Positions 30,764 through 41,425 of a stretch of 61,837 nt of DNA are shown here, piece after piece. The notes beneath the pieces were generated by a model. The model did not search any database. It was not told where the DNA came from and saw nothing but the letters and a program-made list of their open reading frames with translations. The position numbers and the translations under genes are program-made. Positions within the stretch are counted from its first letter, which is position 1, and the number at the start of each line of letters is the position of its first letter. The stretch comes from Deltaproteobacteria bacterium (GTDB lineage: Bacteria > Desulfobacterota > Dissulfuribacteria > Dissulfuribacterales > JALVPX01): positions 1 to 61,837 of the forward strand of contig JALVVK010000015.1 in assembly GCA_027023445.1 (NCBI GenBank). Direction: 5' to 3'.

Positions 30764-31711
30764 TCAAGTCAGTTGATACAGTTCATCCAGGGTCTTTCTC
30801 ATAAGACCGGCACTGGTGGCAAGGGCTGACGACTCTTTTTCGTCAAGGGGCAGGGGGAATGTGGCAAGCACCCCGTTACCCCCGACCAGATTGGGAACGG
30901 AAACGGTTACGTCTCTGACACCCGCAACCTCGGCAAGCGGGGTGCAGACCGTAAGAATCGCCCGCTGGTCATAGAGAATCACCTCGGCGATCCTGGCAAG
31001 GGCACTGCCTATTCCATAATATGTGGCACCCTTCCCCCTGATTATGTTGTATGCCGCGTTGCGTACCTTCTGATCAATATGTTCTTTTGTCTCCGTATCC
31101 ACATTCTTGCCTCTTAAACGGCAAAAATCCTCAATCGGCATCCCGCCTACTGTTGTAAGCGACCATGTGAGGACCTCCGAGTCCCCGTGTTCACCCACAA
31201 CATAGCCATGTATATGTGTCGGGTCCACTCCCAGGTGGCGGCCTAACAGGGTTCGGAACCTGGCGGTATCCAGGGTAGTGCCCGATCCAATGACCCGTTG
31301 AGAGGAAACACCCCGGTCCGAGGCAAAACGGGCTGCCATGTGTGTCATGATGTCCACCGGGTTGGTTGCTATCACGAGCACCGCGTCCGGCGCGTTGTCC
31401 AGCACAGAGGGAATTACATTTCTGAAAACCGTCGCGTTGCGGCACAGAAGATCCAGCCTCGTCTCCCCGGGTTTCTGAGATACTCCAGCCGCTATTATAA
31501 CAAGGCGGCATCCCTCCAGGTCCAGATAATCTCCGGCAATAACATCCAGGGGATTTGAAAACGGCACCGCGTGGAAAAGATCTTCCGCTTCCGCCTCCGC
31601 CCTGGCCATGTTCTTGTCAACAAGTACCAGTTGCCGCCCTATTCCCTGCATTATCAATGCGTAAGCAGCGGTCGCCCCTACAAAGCCGGTACCGACTATT
31701 CCTATTTTCAT
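30764..31711 (-). CDS. ldh: NAD-dependent L-lactate dehydrogenase
   Basis: [16 protein letters not shown] (Gln specificity residue), [21 protein letters not shown] and KGATYYGIG. Confidence 0.92.
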   Translation of the reverse strand: MKIGIVGTGFVGATAAYALIMQGIGRQLVLVDKNMARAEAEAEDLFHAVPFSNPLDVIAGDYLDLEGCRLVIIAAGVSQKPGETRLDLLCRNATVFRNVIPSVLDNAPDAVLVIATNPVDIMTHMAARFASDRGVSSQRVIGSGTTLDTARFRTLLGRHLGVDPTHIHGYVVGEHGDSEVLTWSLTTVGGMPIEDFCRLRGKNVDTETKEHIDQKVRNAAYNIIRGKGATYYGIGSALARIAEVILYDQRAILTVCTPLAEVAGVRDVTVSVPNLVGGNGVLATFPLPLDEKESSALATSAGLMRKTLDELYQLT

Positions 31712-31789
31712 GACAACTAATCCTCCGTTGCACGGCCGCCCACCATTGGGCAAAAAATATTGTCACCAGATACCTCTTAAAAAGATTTT

Positions 31790-31905
31790 CTCATAAAAAT
31801 GGAGAGTTATCAAGCTTGAAAAGCTCAAGGCTGAAAGGTATGAGGCAAAAATACATCTGTCATCTTTTGCTTTGAGCTTTGGGCTTTCAGCTATTTTTAT
31901 GGTGA
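31790..31905. repeat. REP-like repeat, AAGCTTG/GCTTTGA variant
   Basis: CATAAAAAT...ATTTTTATGGT ends around inverted heptamer runs; core shared with 7338-7435. Confidence 0.75.
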
Positions 31906-32034
31906 ATTTGGGAAAAGACAGCAGACAAGGCTTGCCCATCGCCAAGAAAGTCTTTAATAATCTTTGATTAAATATTAGGATAACTGTTAACCTTTGTTGG
32001 GCATTTGCTCAAATAATACATGGGAGGTTTTTTT

Positions 32035-32973
32035 ATGGCCTGCGGGAAAAAACATTGCAAAAAGGGTAAGGCTTCGGGAACAAATCAGAAAAAGAACATC
32101 CATGGGGCTATCGTAGCCATAGTAACTCCCTTTAAGGATGGAAAAGTAGATGAGGATTCTCTGAAGGATCTCATCGAATGGCAGATAAAGTCAGGCACGC
32201 ATTGCATAGTGCCGTGCGGCACCACCGGTGAATCTGCCACCCTCAGCCATGAAGAGCATAAGAGGGTAGTGGAACTCACCGTGGAAACGGCAAGGGGAAG
32301 GGTTCCGGTAATAGCCGGCACCGGTTCCAATTCAACGGAAGAGACCATTATGCTGACCAGACACGCCAAGGACGTGGGTGCTGACGCGGCCCTTGTGATT
32401 ACGCCCTATTACAACAAGCCCAGCCAGGAAGGTCTGTATCAGCACTTCATGACCGTGGCGAAAGAATGCAAGTTCCCCATGATTCTATATAATGTTCCTG
32501 GCAGAACCAGTGTAAACATGCTTCCTGCGACCGTGGCCAGATGCGCGAGGAACCGTTACATCGTGGGTATCAAGGAGGCAACCGGCAATATGAAACAGGT
32601 TTCCGAGGTCATAAGACAATGCCCCAGGGGCTTCAAGGTGCTCTCTGGTGACGACTTTACGGCCTTTCATACAATGGCCATGGGAGGCCAGGGCGTGATC
32701 TCCGTTGCCTCCAACATAATGCCAAAACAGATGGCCAACATGATGAACGCCTGCGAAAAGGGAGAATTTGAAAAGGCGCGCCGCCTGCATTTTAAACTTT
32801 ATCCGCTTTTCTCGGCCATGTTCTGTGACACCAATCCTGTACCTGCCAAGACCGCGCTGGCAATGATGGGCAGGATCCCCTCGGAAGAAGTCAGGCTGCC
32901 ACTTGCCCCATTAAGCGAGACGAACAGGAACGGGCTGATGGATGTACTCAGATCTTATAAGATTGCAGGTTGA
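32035..32973 (+). CDS. dapA: 4-hydroxy-tetrahydrodipicolinate synthase
   Basis: AIVTPF, GTTGES, PYYNKP, LYNVPGRT, GIKEA and SGDD motifs. Confidence 0.97.
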   Translation: MACGKKHCKKGKASGTNQKKNIHGAIVAIVTPFKDGKVDEDSLKDLIEWQIKSGTHCIVPCGTTGESATLSHEEHKRVVELTVETARGRVPVIAGTGSNSTEETIMLTRHAKDVGADAALVITPYYNKPSQEGLYQHFMTVAKECKFPMILYNVPGRTSVNMLPATVARCARNRYIVGIKEATGNMKQVSEVIRQCPRGFKVLSGDDFTAFHTMAMGGQGVISVASNIMPKQMANMMNACEKGEFEKARRLHFKLYPLFSAMFCDTNPVPAKTALAMMGRIPSEEVRLPLAPLSETNRNGLMDVLRSYKIAG

Positions 32974-33005
32974 TATTAGCATATAATCTCATGCAAGGAG
33001 GAGAT

Positions 33006-33809
33006 ATGACAGGGGCCATAGTTGCCGGAGCTGCCGGCCGAATGGGTGGAAGGATTATCCACATGATTAACGAGGCGCAGGGGATCACCCTTGCGGCTGC
33101 CTTTGAACGCGCTGACAGCCCTGCTGTCGGACAGGATGCCGGACAGGTTGCCGGTCTTGGAGAACTGGGAGTGCCCATAGCGCCTGGTCTGGAAGATGTA
33201 ATTGACAAGGGAGATGTCATCATTGATTTTACCGTTCACGAAGCGAGCCTGGCCCACGCGAAAACGGCCTCTGCCCACAAGGTCCCCATGGTCATAGGCA
33301 CCACCGGGTTTTCAATGGAGGAACTGGACGAGATAAGCTCCCTGGCCGCCTCATTTCCATGCGTTCTGGCGCCCAACATGAGTGTTGGGGTCAACCTTTT
33401 ATACAAACTGGTAGATATGGCAGCCAGGGTACTTGGCGACGACTATGACATAGAAATAGTCGAGGCCCATCACCGCATGAAAAAGGACGCCCCCAGCGGA
33501 ACCGCCCTACAGCTTGGAAGGGTGGCGGCCGCCGCCCTTGACAGGGACCTGGAACGGGTGGGCGTGTTTGAAAGGTGCGGACAGATCGGTGAGAGAAGCA
33601 GGACGGAGATAGGCATTCAGACCGTCAGGGCAGGGGATATTGTTGGAGAACACACGGTGCTTTTCGGCGGCATGGGCGAACGCATAGAGCTTGTTCACAA
33701 GGCATCAAGCCGCGACACCTTTGCCAAGGGTGCTGTCAGGGCGGCCAGATGGATCGTCGGAAGGGAACCCGGAATTTATAACATGCAGGACGTGCTGGGC
33801 CTTAAATAG
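33006..33809 (+). CDS. dapB: 4-hydroxy-tetrahydrodipicolinate reductase
   Basis: GAAGRMG, IDFT, GTTG and EAHHRMKKDAPSGTA motifs. Confidence 0.97.
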   Translation: MTGAIVAGAAGRMGGRIIHMINEAQGITLAAAFERADSPAVGQDAGQVAGLGELGVPIAPGLEDVIDKGDVIIDFTVHEASLAHAKTASAHKVPMVIGTTGFSMEELDEISSLAASFPCVLAPNMSVGVNLLYKLVDMAARVLGDDYDIEIVEAHHRMKKDAPSGTALQLGRVAAAALDRDLERVGVFERCGQIGERSRTEIGIQTVRAGDIVGEHTVLFGGMGERIELVHKASSRDTFAKGAVRAARWIVGREPGIYNMQDVLGLK

Positions 33810-33837
33810 CCTGCCATCCGGAAGAAAGAGGTGAAAA

Positions 33838-34599
33838 ATGAGGCTTGTCAGGTTTCAGGTAGAGGAATCAGACACCCCTTTAAGCGGCATCTATGCGGAT
33901 GACCATGTTACCGTAATGGTTGGTGATCCGTACAGTGGCATGATAGTGGGCACATCTGAAAAGTATCCTGTTGACCAGATCCATCTTCTTCCCCCATGCG
34001 TCCCCACAAAGGTGGTGGCGGTTGGCCTCAATTACCGGGATCATGCCGCGGAGCTTGGCATGCCAATCCCTGAAGAGCCCCTCATCTTCCTCAAGCCGCC
34101 TTCTTCCGTAACCGGACCGGGCAAGCCAATCAAATGCCCGAAGATGAGCAACCAGGTGGAATACGAGGGAGAACTCGGAGTGGTCATAGGCCAGCGTACA
34201 AAAAAGGTGGCGGCGTCCAGCACGAAAAATTATATTCTTGGTTATACCTGTCTCAATGACGTTACAGCCAGGGATCTGCAGAAAAAAGACGTACAGTTCA
34301 CAAGGGCCAAAAGTTTTGACACCTTCTGCCCCATCGGGCCTTGGATAGAAACCGAGCTGGATCCATCGAATCTGCGGATCCAGTCCCGGGTGAATGGGCA
34401 AACGCGTCAGGATTCCAGCACCAGCCAGCTCATTCATTCTGTTTATGACCTCATCAGTTTTATCTCTCACGTCATGACACTGGAACCTGGAGATGTTATC
34501 GCTACAGGTACGCCAAAGGGCGTGGGGCCGCTAAATAAAGGCGACCGCGTGGAGATTGAGGTGGAAGGAATAGGTGTGCTGGAGAATACAGTACGTTGA
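33838..34599 (+). CDS. Fumarylacetoacetate hydrolase family protein
   Basis: GLNYRDHA, YEGELGVVIG, NDVTARD, KSFDTFCPIGP and GDVIATGTP motifs. Confidence 0.93.
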   Translation: MRLVRFQVEESDTPLSGIYADDHVTVMVGDPYSGMIVGTSEKYPVDQIHLLPPCVPTKVVAVGLNYRDHAAELGMPIPEEPLIFLKPPSSVTGPGKPIKCPKMSNQVEYEGELGVVIGQRTKKVAASSTKNYILGYTCLNDVTARDLQKKDVQFTRAKSFDTFCPIGPWIETELDPSNLRIQSRVNGQTRQDSSTSQLIHSVYDLISFISHVMTLEPGDVIATGTPKGVGPLNKGDRVEIEVEGIGVLENTVR

Positions 34600-34720
34600 A
34601 TGATAAATGGTGAACTATAATTTGCGGCAAACAAATTTTTATTAAATTCAAAAAACTATAACAACTTAGCACCTTAATAACATTCAGGATTTACCATTTA
34701 ACATTGTATTTCCACGGTAA
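34595..34720. repeat. REP-like repeat, AATGATA variant
   Basis: TTGAATGATAAATGGT..GGCAAACAAATTTTTATTAAATTCA..ACATTCAGGATTTACCATTTAACATTGTATTTCCACGGTAA. Confidence 0.85.
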
Positions 34721-34753
34721 CTGGCATCCCCGGGGCAGGCACAACAAACTACA

Positions 34754-34840
34754 GAAATGCACCTGGGAACATTTTGTTTTTTGTCCATGTATGATGTCCT
34801 TGTGTGTCCATGGCTGATTGAAAAAGATATTTCTGGATAA
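34754..34840. repeat. About 85-bp repeat (TGTCCAT family)
   Basis: Reverse complement aligns with 45456-45542; 3' part recurs at about 1689-1726. Confidence 0.8.
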
Positions 34841-34858
34841 AAAGGGGATTTTACTTTC

Positions 34859-36022
34859 ATGAATTTTTATAAATCCAGGCGGATAAAGCAGTTACCGCCC
34901 TATCTGTTTGTGGAGCTTGACCGCAAAAAGGCCGAGGCGGTGAGCAGGGGAGTGGACGTAATAGATCTCGGGATAGGGGACCCGGATCTTCCCACCCCTG
35001 ATTTTATCGTAAAAAGTATGGCAGAAGCGGTTCAGAGGCCGGAATACCACAGGTATCCGTCGTCTGCCGGTATGGCCTCTTTCCGGAAGGCTGCCGCACG
35101 GTGGTGTAAAAAAAGATTCGGCCTTGATCTGGACGCCGATACCCAGGTAACGGCTCTGGTAGGTTCCAAGGAGGCTATCGCCCATTTTCCGCTGGCCTTC
35201 GTGGATCCTGGAGACACGGTTCTGGTGCCCACTCCGGGATATCCCGTATATCATATAGGCACGCTTTTTTGCGGAGGGAACACCCATTACCTGCCACTGC
35301 TCAGGGAAAACGATTTCTTGCCGGACATTGACTCCATCCCTGAAGACGTGCTCCAGGGTGCCCGTATCCTTTGGCTGAATTACCCGAACAACCCCACAGC
35401 CGCGCTGGCGACAAAGGATTTTTTCGCAAAGGTAGTGGATTTTGCCAGGGAGCATGAAATCATCATATGTCATGACGCTGCCTATTCCGAGATGACCTTT
35501 GACGGCTACAGGGCGCCAAGCTTTCTTGAAACCCCTGGCGCCATGGACGTGGGCATTGAATTCCATTCACTTTCCAAGACCTACAACATGACCGGCTGGC
35601 GTATAGGCTTTGCCGTGGGCCATCCGGAGCTTGTGGGCGCGCTCAAAAAAGTCAAGTCAAATGTTGATTCCGGGCAGTTCGAAGCCGTTCAGGACGCCGC
35701 GGTGACAGCCCTTGACAGTGACCAGTCCTGCGTGGAGGAAATGCGCAGGATATACACGGAACGAAGGGACACCCTGGTCTCAGGGCTGAGGGATCTGGGC
35801 CTTGACGCCCCGTATCCAAAGGCCACCTTTTATGTCTGGACCCCGGTTCCTGATGGATACGGTTCGCAGGAATTCAGTAATTTCCTGCTGGAAAAGGCAG
35901 GTATTGTATGCACACCGGGCAATGGTTTTGGCGAACCGGGTGAAGGCTTTGTGCGAATGGCCCTTACCGTCCCGGCGGACCGCCTGAAACTGGCCATTGA
36001 CAGGATGAAGGCCGTTCTCTGA
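34859..36022 (+). CDS. dapL: LL-diaminopimelate aminotransferase
   Basis: LPPYLF, DLGIGDPD, NYPNNPT, DAAY and SLSKTYNMTGWRIG; dap operon context. Confidence 0.9.
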   Translation: MNFYKSRRIKQLPPYLFVELDRKKAEAVSRGVDVIDLGIGDPDLPTPDFIVKSMAEAVQRPEYHRYPSSAGMASFRKAAARWCKKRFGLDLDADTQVTALVGSKEAIAHFPLAFVDPGDTVLVPTPGYPVYHIGTLFCGGNTHYLPLLRENDFLPDIDSIPEDVLQGARILWLNYPNNPTAALATKDFFAKVVDFAREHEIIICHDAAYSEMTFDGYRAPSFLETPGAMDVGIEFHSLSKTYNMTGWRIGFAVGHPELVGALKKVKSNVDSGQFEAVQDAAVTALDSDQSCVEEMRRIYTERRDTLVSGLRDLGLDAPYPKATFYVWTPVPDGYGSQEFSNFLLEKAGIVCTPGNGFGEPGEGFVRMALTVPADRLKLAIDRMKAVL

Positions 36023-36031
36023 GCACGGAGA

Positions 36032-36565
36032 ATGGAAAAAACCAGGGGAAAGGTGTCCTGGCGCACGGTTTACATAGGCCTTGGGGCCAATATAGGCAGC
36101 AGGCATGAAAATCTTCGTGCCGCCCTGCATCTGCTGGACGGCCTTCCGGGTATCCGGGTGATCGCCTGCTCACACGCCTATGAGACAGAACCCGTGGGGA
36201 TGGATTCCTCCATGTGGTTTATCAACGCCGTGGCGAAAATAAAGATCGCCATGGGACCGGGTGCACTGCTGGAAATCCTGCTTGAAACCGAACGGGTATT
36301 AGGCAGAAACAGACAGGTGATGGATCGTACAGTGGACCTGGACCTCCTTTACATGGAAGGCGTGGCGCTTGAGGGAAACTGGCTTGTGGTCCCTCACCCA
36401 AGGCTTCATGAACGGCGCTTTGTATTGGCGCCCTGGTCCGAGATCGCCCCGGATCTGGCACTTAAACCCTGGGGCAAAACCGTGTCTGAATTGCTTGACG
36501 CCCTGGAACCCGGAGATGCGGAGGTCCGGGAAACGGACATAATTCTTTGGGAGCGCTCATCATGA
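36032..36565 (+). CDS. folK: 6-hydroxymethyl-7,8-dihydropterin pyrophosphokinase
   Basis: YIGLGANIG, YETEP, FINAV, RTVDLDLL and PHPRLHERRFVL motifs. Confidence 0.95.
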   Translation: MEKTRGKVSWRTVYIGLGANIGSRHENLRAALHLLDGLPGIRVIACSHAYETEPVGMDSSMWFINAVAKIKIAMGPGALLEILLETERVLGRNRQVMDRTVDLDLLYMEGVALEGNWLVVPHPRLHERRFVLAPWSEIAPDLALKPWGKTVSELLDALEPGDAEVRETDIILWERSS

Positions 36566-36843
36566 GACTTATCGTTTTCCTCGCCCTGTGTCTGCTTCTT
36601 TATTACCTGGTAAAAAACTACCTCAAGGAAAAAAGCGGGGGCGGCGCCGGATACCGGCCAGGAACCAGTGGCAGGCCTCCTGCGCCTGTTACAGACCAAC
36701 TGGTCCAGGATCCTGTATGCGGCGTATATTGCGCGAAAAAAGACGCGTTTCCGTTGATCTGGAAGGGAAAGGCCTATTATTTCTGCAGCGAGGAATGCAG
36801 GGATAAATTCAAAAAGGAGCACGGAAAGACCGGGAAACTCTGA
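36562..36843 (+). CDS. Membrane-anchored YHS/TRASH-domain protein
   Basis: N-terminal TM segment; DPVCGVYC..YYFCSEEC; ATGA overlap with folK. Confidence 0.85.
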   Translation: MRLIVFLALCLLLYYLVKNYLKEKSGGGAGYRPGTSGRPPAPVTDQLVQDPVCGVYCAKKDAFPLIWKGKAYYFCSEECRDKFKKEHGKTGKL

Positions 36844-38004
36844 TCAGCCCCACTGTTTTATGATTTCCAGAACGAGTTCTGTGGTGGACACCATGTCGTC
36901 CAGGCGGATAAATTCCTCCGTGGTATGGACCTTCCGCATTCCAATGCCCATGATAACCGTGGCAAGCCCCTTTCCGTTAAGCACGTTGGCGTCACTGCCG
37001 CCCCCTGTCTTTTCACTGCGCAGTTCCCTGCCAAGAGACCTTGCCGCCCTGCGGGCCGTTGCAACCAGGGGGTGTTCTTTTGGCACGGACATGAGGGGGT
37101 AGTCGTTCATGACCTCGGTCTGCACAACGGGCAGGGCCGGTCCGGAGGCACGGCCAGGGGGGACATCAGGCCTGTTTTCCCTGACGACCTTATAGAAAAT
37201 GGAAAGTATTTCATCCTGAACCTGTCCCAGGCGATCTTCGCTGTGGCTCCTGACCTCGCCTTCGATCTCGACCTCGTCCGGTACGATGTTCGTGGCCTTT
37301 CCACCTTTTATCAGGCCGATGTTGGCCGTGGTGTCAGGATCCAGCCTGCCCATCGGTACCTTGCTGATGGCCTTTGCCGCAAGGCGAATGCTGTTTATGC
37401 CATGTTCGGGATTAAGCCCGGCGTGAGCCGCCCTGCCCACTATCTTTACATTGAAGCGGGTCGCGCATGGCGCCTGGTTGATAAGCACGTCAGGGTCTAT
37501 GGAATCCAGGGCATAACCTGCTCTTGCCTGCAAAAGGCCGGTGTCAAGGGCCTTGGCACCTAAAAGACCGATTTCTTCACACACGGTAAACACATATTCC
37601 AGGGGAGGGTGCGGCATGCCCGTTTCACGTATCACCCTGGTTACCTCAATCAGAATGGCTATGGCGGCCTTGTCATCCGCGCCCAGTATGGTGGTGCCAT
37701 CAGATGTGAATACACCATCATCGAAAAGGACATGAATCCCCCTGCATGGTTCAACCGTGTCCATGTGGGCGTTGAAAAACAGGGGGGACGCCCCTTCCTG
37801 CCCGGGGATGCGGACTATGAGATTGCCCACCTGGGAACCGGTCAGGGCCGTGGATGAATCCTCGAGGACCTGGCCGCCAAGTTCCCTGGAAAAAATGTCT
37901 TTTAGAATCTCTGCCAGATCGCCCTCCCGCCTGGATGGACTTTCCACGGCGGCAAGCCGGACAAAGGCTTCCTTGAGCCTTTCCACTTGGATGGGATAAT
38001 GCAT
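36844..38004 (-). CDS. M20 family metallopeptidase (peptidase T-like)
   Basis: AHMDTV, LGADDKA, EEIGLLG, GGGSDAN and HTTEE motifs. Confidence 0.9.
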   Translation of the reverse strand: MHYPIQVERLKEAFVRLAAVESPSRREGDLAEILKDIFSRELGGQVLEDSSTALTGSQVGNLIVRIPGQEGASPLFFNAHMDTVEPCRGIHVLFDDGVFTSDGTTILGADDKAAIAILIEVTRVIRETGMPHPPLEYVFTVCEEIGLLGAKALDTGLLQARAGYALDSIDPDVLINQAPCATRFNVKIVGRAAHAGLNPEHGINSIRLAAKAISKVPMGRLDPDTTANIGLIKGGKATNIVPDEVEIEGEVRSHSEDRLGQVQDEILSIFYKVVRENRPDVPPGRASGPALPVVQTEVMNDYPLMSVPKEHPLVATARRAARSLGRELRSEKTGGGSDANVLNGKGLATVIMGIGMRKVHTTEEFIRLDDMVSTTELVLEIIKQWG

Positions 38005-40407
38005 TTATTCCTCCAGCAAAGTCAGTTCAAGCACCTCGTCCAGGTGTGAAACCGGTTTAAAATCCAGTCGCCGCCTCAGGTGCGGGGGGATCTCCTCAAG
38101 ATCCTTCAGGTTATCCTCCGGGATTATTACCATCGGAATGTCCGCGTTCAGGGCGGCCAGGGCCTTTTCCTTCAGCCCGCCAATGGGAAGCACCCTGCCC
38201 CTGAGCGTTATCTCTCCGGTCATGGCCACGTCACTGTTGACCGGTCTTCGGGTAAGGGCGGATACAAGGGCCACGGTCATGGTGATACCAGCGGAAGGGC
38301 CGTCCTTTGGAATGGCCCCTGATGGCACATGTATATGTATGTCGGTTTCCCCAAAGAGGTCTGAGGAAATGCCCAGTTTATCCGCCCTGGACCGGGCGTA
38401 GCTTAACGCCGCCTGGGCGGATTCCTTCATTACCTCGCCCAGGAGCCCGGTAAGGATCAGGTTGCCCTTGCCCTTCATAAGGGTAGCCTCCACCCTGAGT
38501 ATTTCCCCGCCAAACGGGGTCCAGGCAAGGCCTGTGGCAACTCCAACCTGGCTTTTTTCCTTTGCAAGCTCGGGCTGAAATCTCGGAACCCCCAGATAAC
38601 GTTCGATGTTGGCGCTGGTAATTCTGAAAGGCCCCTTGGCCCCTTCCGCCACCTTGACAGCCATTTTGCGGCACAGCGCGCCAATCTGCCGTTCGAGTTC
38701 CCTCAGCCCCGCCTCCTGGGTATATTCTGAAATAATCCTCAGGATCGTGTTGCCCGAAATCTCGATAATATCTTCGGACAGGCCATGTTCCCGGATCTGC
38801 CTTGGCAGAAGATACCGCCTGGCTATGGCCAGCTTTTCCTCGCTGGTATAGCCTGAAAGGTGTATCACCTCCAGGCGGTCCAGAAGGGCCGAAGGAATGG
38901 TGTCAATCACGTTTGCGGTGAGGATGAACATCACCCTGGAAAGGTCAAATGGCAGATCCAGGTAGTGGTCGGAAAAGGTATTGTTCTGTTCCGGGTCCAG
39001 GACCTCCAGAAGGGCGGCCGCCGGATCTCCCCTGAAATCCGCTCCGATCTTGTCCACCTCGTCCATCATGAATACCGGGTTGTTGCTGCCCGCCCGTTTG
39101 AGTCCCTGGATAATCCTTCCAGGAAGCGCGCCGACATAGGTTCTCCGGTGCCCCCGGATCTCGGCCTCATCACGCACTCCGCCAAGGGAAATCCGGACAA
39201 ATTTTCTTCCCAGCGCCCTTGCGACGGAACGGCCCAAGGAAGTTTTGCCCACACCGGGAGGACCGGCAAAGCACAAAATAGGCCCTTTGGTTCTACGGTT
39301 GAGCTTGCGCACCGCAATGTATTCTATAATTCGTTCCTTTACCTTTTCAAGGTCGTAATGGTCCTCGTCCAGGATTTTCCGGGCACGTTTTACGTCGAGT
39401 TTGTCCCTTGTGGACCTGGACCACGGGACCTCAAGCAGCCAGTCCAGATAGGTCCTGACAATGGAGGCCTCCGCCGCGTCAGGATGCATGAATTCCAGGC
39501 GCTGTATCTGTTTCAGCGCCTCCTTTTCCGCCTCGGCAGGCATCTTTGACTTGCTGACCCGCTTACGCAGTTCAGCCAGTTCCTCATCCCTGTCATCTAT
39601 CTCTCCCAGCTCACGTTTTATGGCCCTTAGCTGCTCTCTGAGAAAATATTCCCTCTGGGTCTTGGTCATCTCCTCCTTGGCCTCTGACTGAATCCTTGCC
39701 TGGACGGAAGAGACCTCAAGCTCCCTGGAAAGGATATTGTGTATTTCCTCAAGCCTCTTTACAGGATCCCCTGTTTCCAGAAGGGGTTGGGCCTCCTGAA
39801 AGCGGATCTTTAGATTGGACGCGACTATATCCGCCAGTTTTCCCGGTTCATCCACCCCGTTTATTACCGCCCCGATCTCAGGGGTAAAAATTCCTTTAAG
39901 GGTGAAGAGTTTTTCCGCCTGTTCCCGGACATCGCGCATCAATGCCTCGATCTCCACAGGAACCCCTCCGGCTTCCTCACTTTGTTCCCCTTCCTTCACG
40001 AGGCCGATGCGCGCCTTGAAAAAGGGCCTGTCTGAAATAAATTCCCGCACCTCTCCCCTTAAAAGGGCGTGTGCAAGGATCTTCAGCCTGCCGTCAGGCA
40101 GTTGCAGGGTCCTTATTATCATGGCCACCACACCAACTTCGTAGAGATCCTCCCTTTCGGGATGCTCCTTTGCCGGGTCTTTCTGGGCAACCAGGAAGAT
40201 CAACCTGTCTTCGGCAGTGGCCTCGCTAACTGCCTTCACGGAGGCCTCCCTGCCCACGAAAAGGGGCACGATCATGGACGGAAATATTATGAGATCGCGT
40301 ATAGCCATTACGGGCAGCTCCTCAGGAATCTCTATGGGCTGCTGCTCACCGAATTCAAGAAAGTTGGTCAAGCTGTCTTCTTTTTCCATATCTTCAAACC
40401 TTATCAC
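38005..40407 (-). CDS. lon: ATP-dependent protease La
   Basis: [33 protein letters not shown] and IGGLKEK motifs. Confidence 0.97.
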   Translation of the reverse strand: MIRFEDMEKEDSLTNFLEFGEQQPIEIPEELPVMAIRDLIIFPSMIVPLFVGREASVKAVSEATAEDRLIFLVAQKDPAKEHPEREDLYEVGVVAMIIRTLQLPDGRLKILAHALLRGEVREFISDRPFFKARIGLVKEGEQSEEAGGVPVEIEALMRDVREQAEKLFTLKGIFTPEIGAVINGVDEPGKLADIVASNLKIRFQEAQPLLETGDPVKRLEEIHNILSRELEVSSVQARIQSEAKEEMTKTQREYFLREQLRAIKRELGEIDDRDEELAELRKRVSKSKMPAEAEKEALKQIQRLEFMHPDAAEASIVRTYLDWLLEVPWSRSTRDKLDVKRARKILDEDHYDLEKVKERIIEYIAVRKLNRRTKGPILCFAGPPGVGKTSLGRSVARALGRKFVRISLGGVRDEAEIRGHRRTYVGALPGRIIQGLKRAGSNNPVFMMDEVDKIGADFRGDPAAALLEVLDPEQNNTFSDHYLDLPFDLSRVMFILTANVIDTIPSALLDRLEVIHLSGYTSEEKLAIARRYLLPRQIREHGLSEDIIEISGNTILRIISEYTQEAGLRELERQIGALCRKMAVKVAEGAKGPFRITSANIERYLGVPRFQPELAKEKSQVGVATGLAWTPFGGEILRVEATLMKGKGNLILTGLLGEVMKESAQAALSYARSRADKLGISSDLFGETDIHIHVPSGAIPKDGPSAGITMTVALVSALTRRPVNSDVAMTGEITLRGRVLPIGGLKEKALAALNADIPMVIIPEDNLKDLEEIPPHLRRRLDFKPVSHLDEVLELTLLEE

Positions 40408-41425
40408 ACCATATTACATGACCCCTGGAGATTTTTTGGGGGCCAGGCCTGTTGTCAACACATTCACTCGTTCGTTTTGGGCACAGGGGATAAAAGGCGC
40501 AGCCCCTGGCAGGGGCCAGAGATCGCGTTTTTGTATCCTCCCGGGCCTGAAGAGCGGCCAATCCGCTCTTTCCCCTGTTTTTCTCCCGTAAACTCAACCC
40601 CGGAACCGGGAGAGGCACTGCCGATATCAGGTATTCCGTGTACGGATGATGCGGCCCGCCGGTATCGGCCAGAAAGGCCCTGCTGCCCATGATCTCGACT
40701 ATCTGCCCCCTGTACATGACCGCCACCCGATGGCTCACAAACTGGACCACCGGCAGGTCATGGGATATGAAAAGAAAGGAAAGCCCCAGTTTTTCCCTGA
40801 GATCCAGCAGAAGATTTATGATCTGGGCCTGGATGGAGACATCCAGGGCGGATGTGGGTTCGTCCGCCACGATCAACCCGGGGCGGGTCGCGAGCGCCCT
40901 CGCAAGCCCTATTCTCTGGCGCTGTCCTCCGCTGAACTGATGAGGATACCGGTGCATTGCCTGCGGATCAAGACCTACTTCCCCGAGAAGCCTTGCCACC
41001 TCTTCCGTGTATTTTCCCCTGGGACATAACCTGTGTATCTTCAGAGGTTCACACAGGGTCTGGAAAACCGTTTTCTTGGGATTAAGCGATGAGGACGGAT
41101 CCTGAAACACCATCTGGACCTGTCTGCGGAAGGCCATGAGAGACTGCCTGTCCATGGCGTCGAGCTCTTTCCCCCTGTATCTGACCGTACCCGAGGTCCC
41201 GGGCTCAAGGCCCAGGATGATTCGCGCAAGGGTGGATTTGCCACAGCCGCTTTCGCCTACAAGGCCCAGGGTCTCTCCCCGGATTATGGAAAGATCCACC
41301 CTGTCCAGCGCCCGTACCGTATGCCCCCTGGTATCAAAAAAAACCTCTCTGGCCCTGTAGTCCTTTGTGAGCTGATGAACCTCTATTAATGTCTCAGGCG
41401 TATCCGTCATAAAAGGTCTATTCAA
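40394..41425 (-). CDS. Oligopeptide/dipeptide ABC transporter ATP-binding protein (OppF/DppF-like)
   Basis: [33 protein letters not shown] and C-terminal Cys motif. Confidence 0.92.
   Translation of the reverse strand: MNRPFMTDTPETLIEVHQLTKDYRAREVFFDTRGHTVRALDRVDLSIIRGETLGLVGESGCGKSTLARIILGLEPGTSGTVRYRGKELDAMDRQSLMAFRRQVQMVFQDPSSSLNPKKTVFQTLCEPLKIHRLCPRGKYTEEVARLLGEVGLDPQAMHRYPHQFSGGQRQRIGLARALATRPGLIVADEPTSALDVSIQAQIINLLLDLREKLGLSFLFISHDLPVVQFVSHRVAVMYRGQIVEIMGSRAFLADTGGPHHPYTEYLISAVPLPVPGLSLREKNRGKSGLAALQAREDTKTRSLAPARGCAFYPLCPKRTSECVDNRPGPQKISRGHVIWCDKV

Noticed and set aside
32035-32100. Basic, Cys-containing N-terminal extension of DapA
   Set aside because: Short low-complexity extension with no evidence of function
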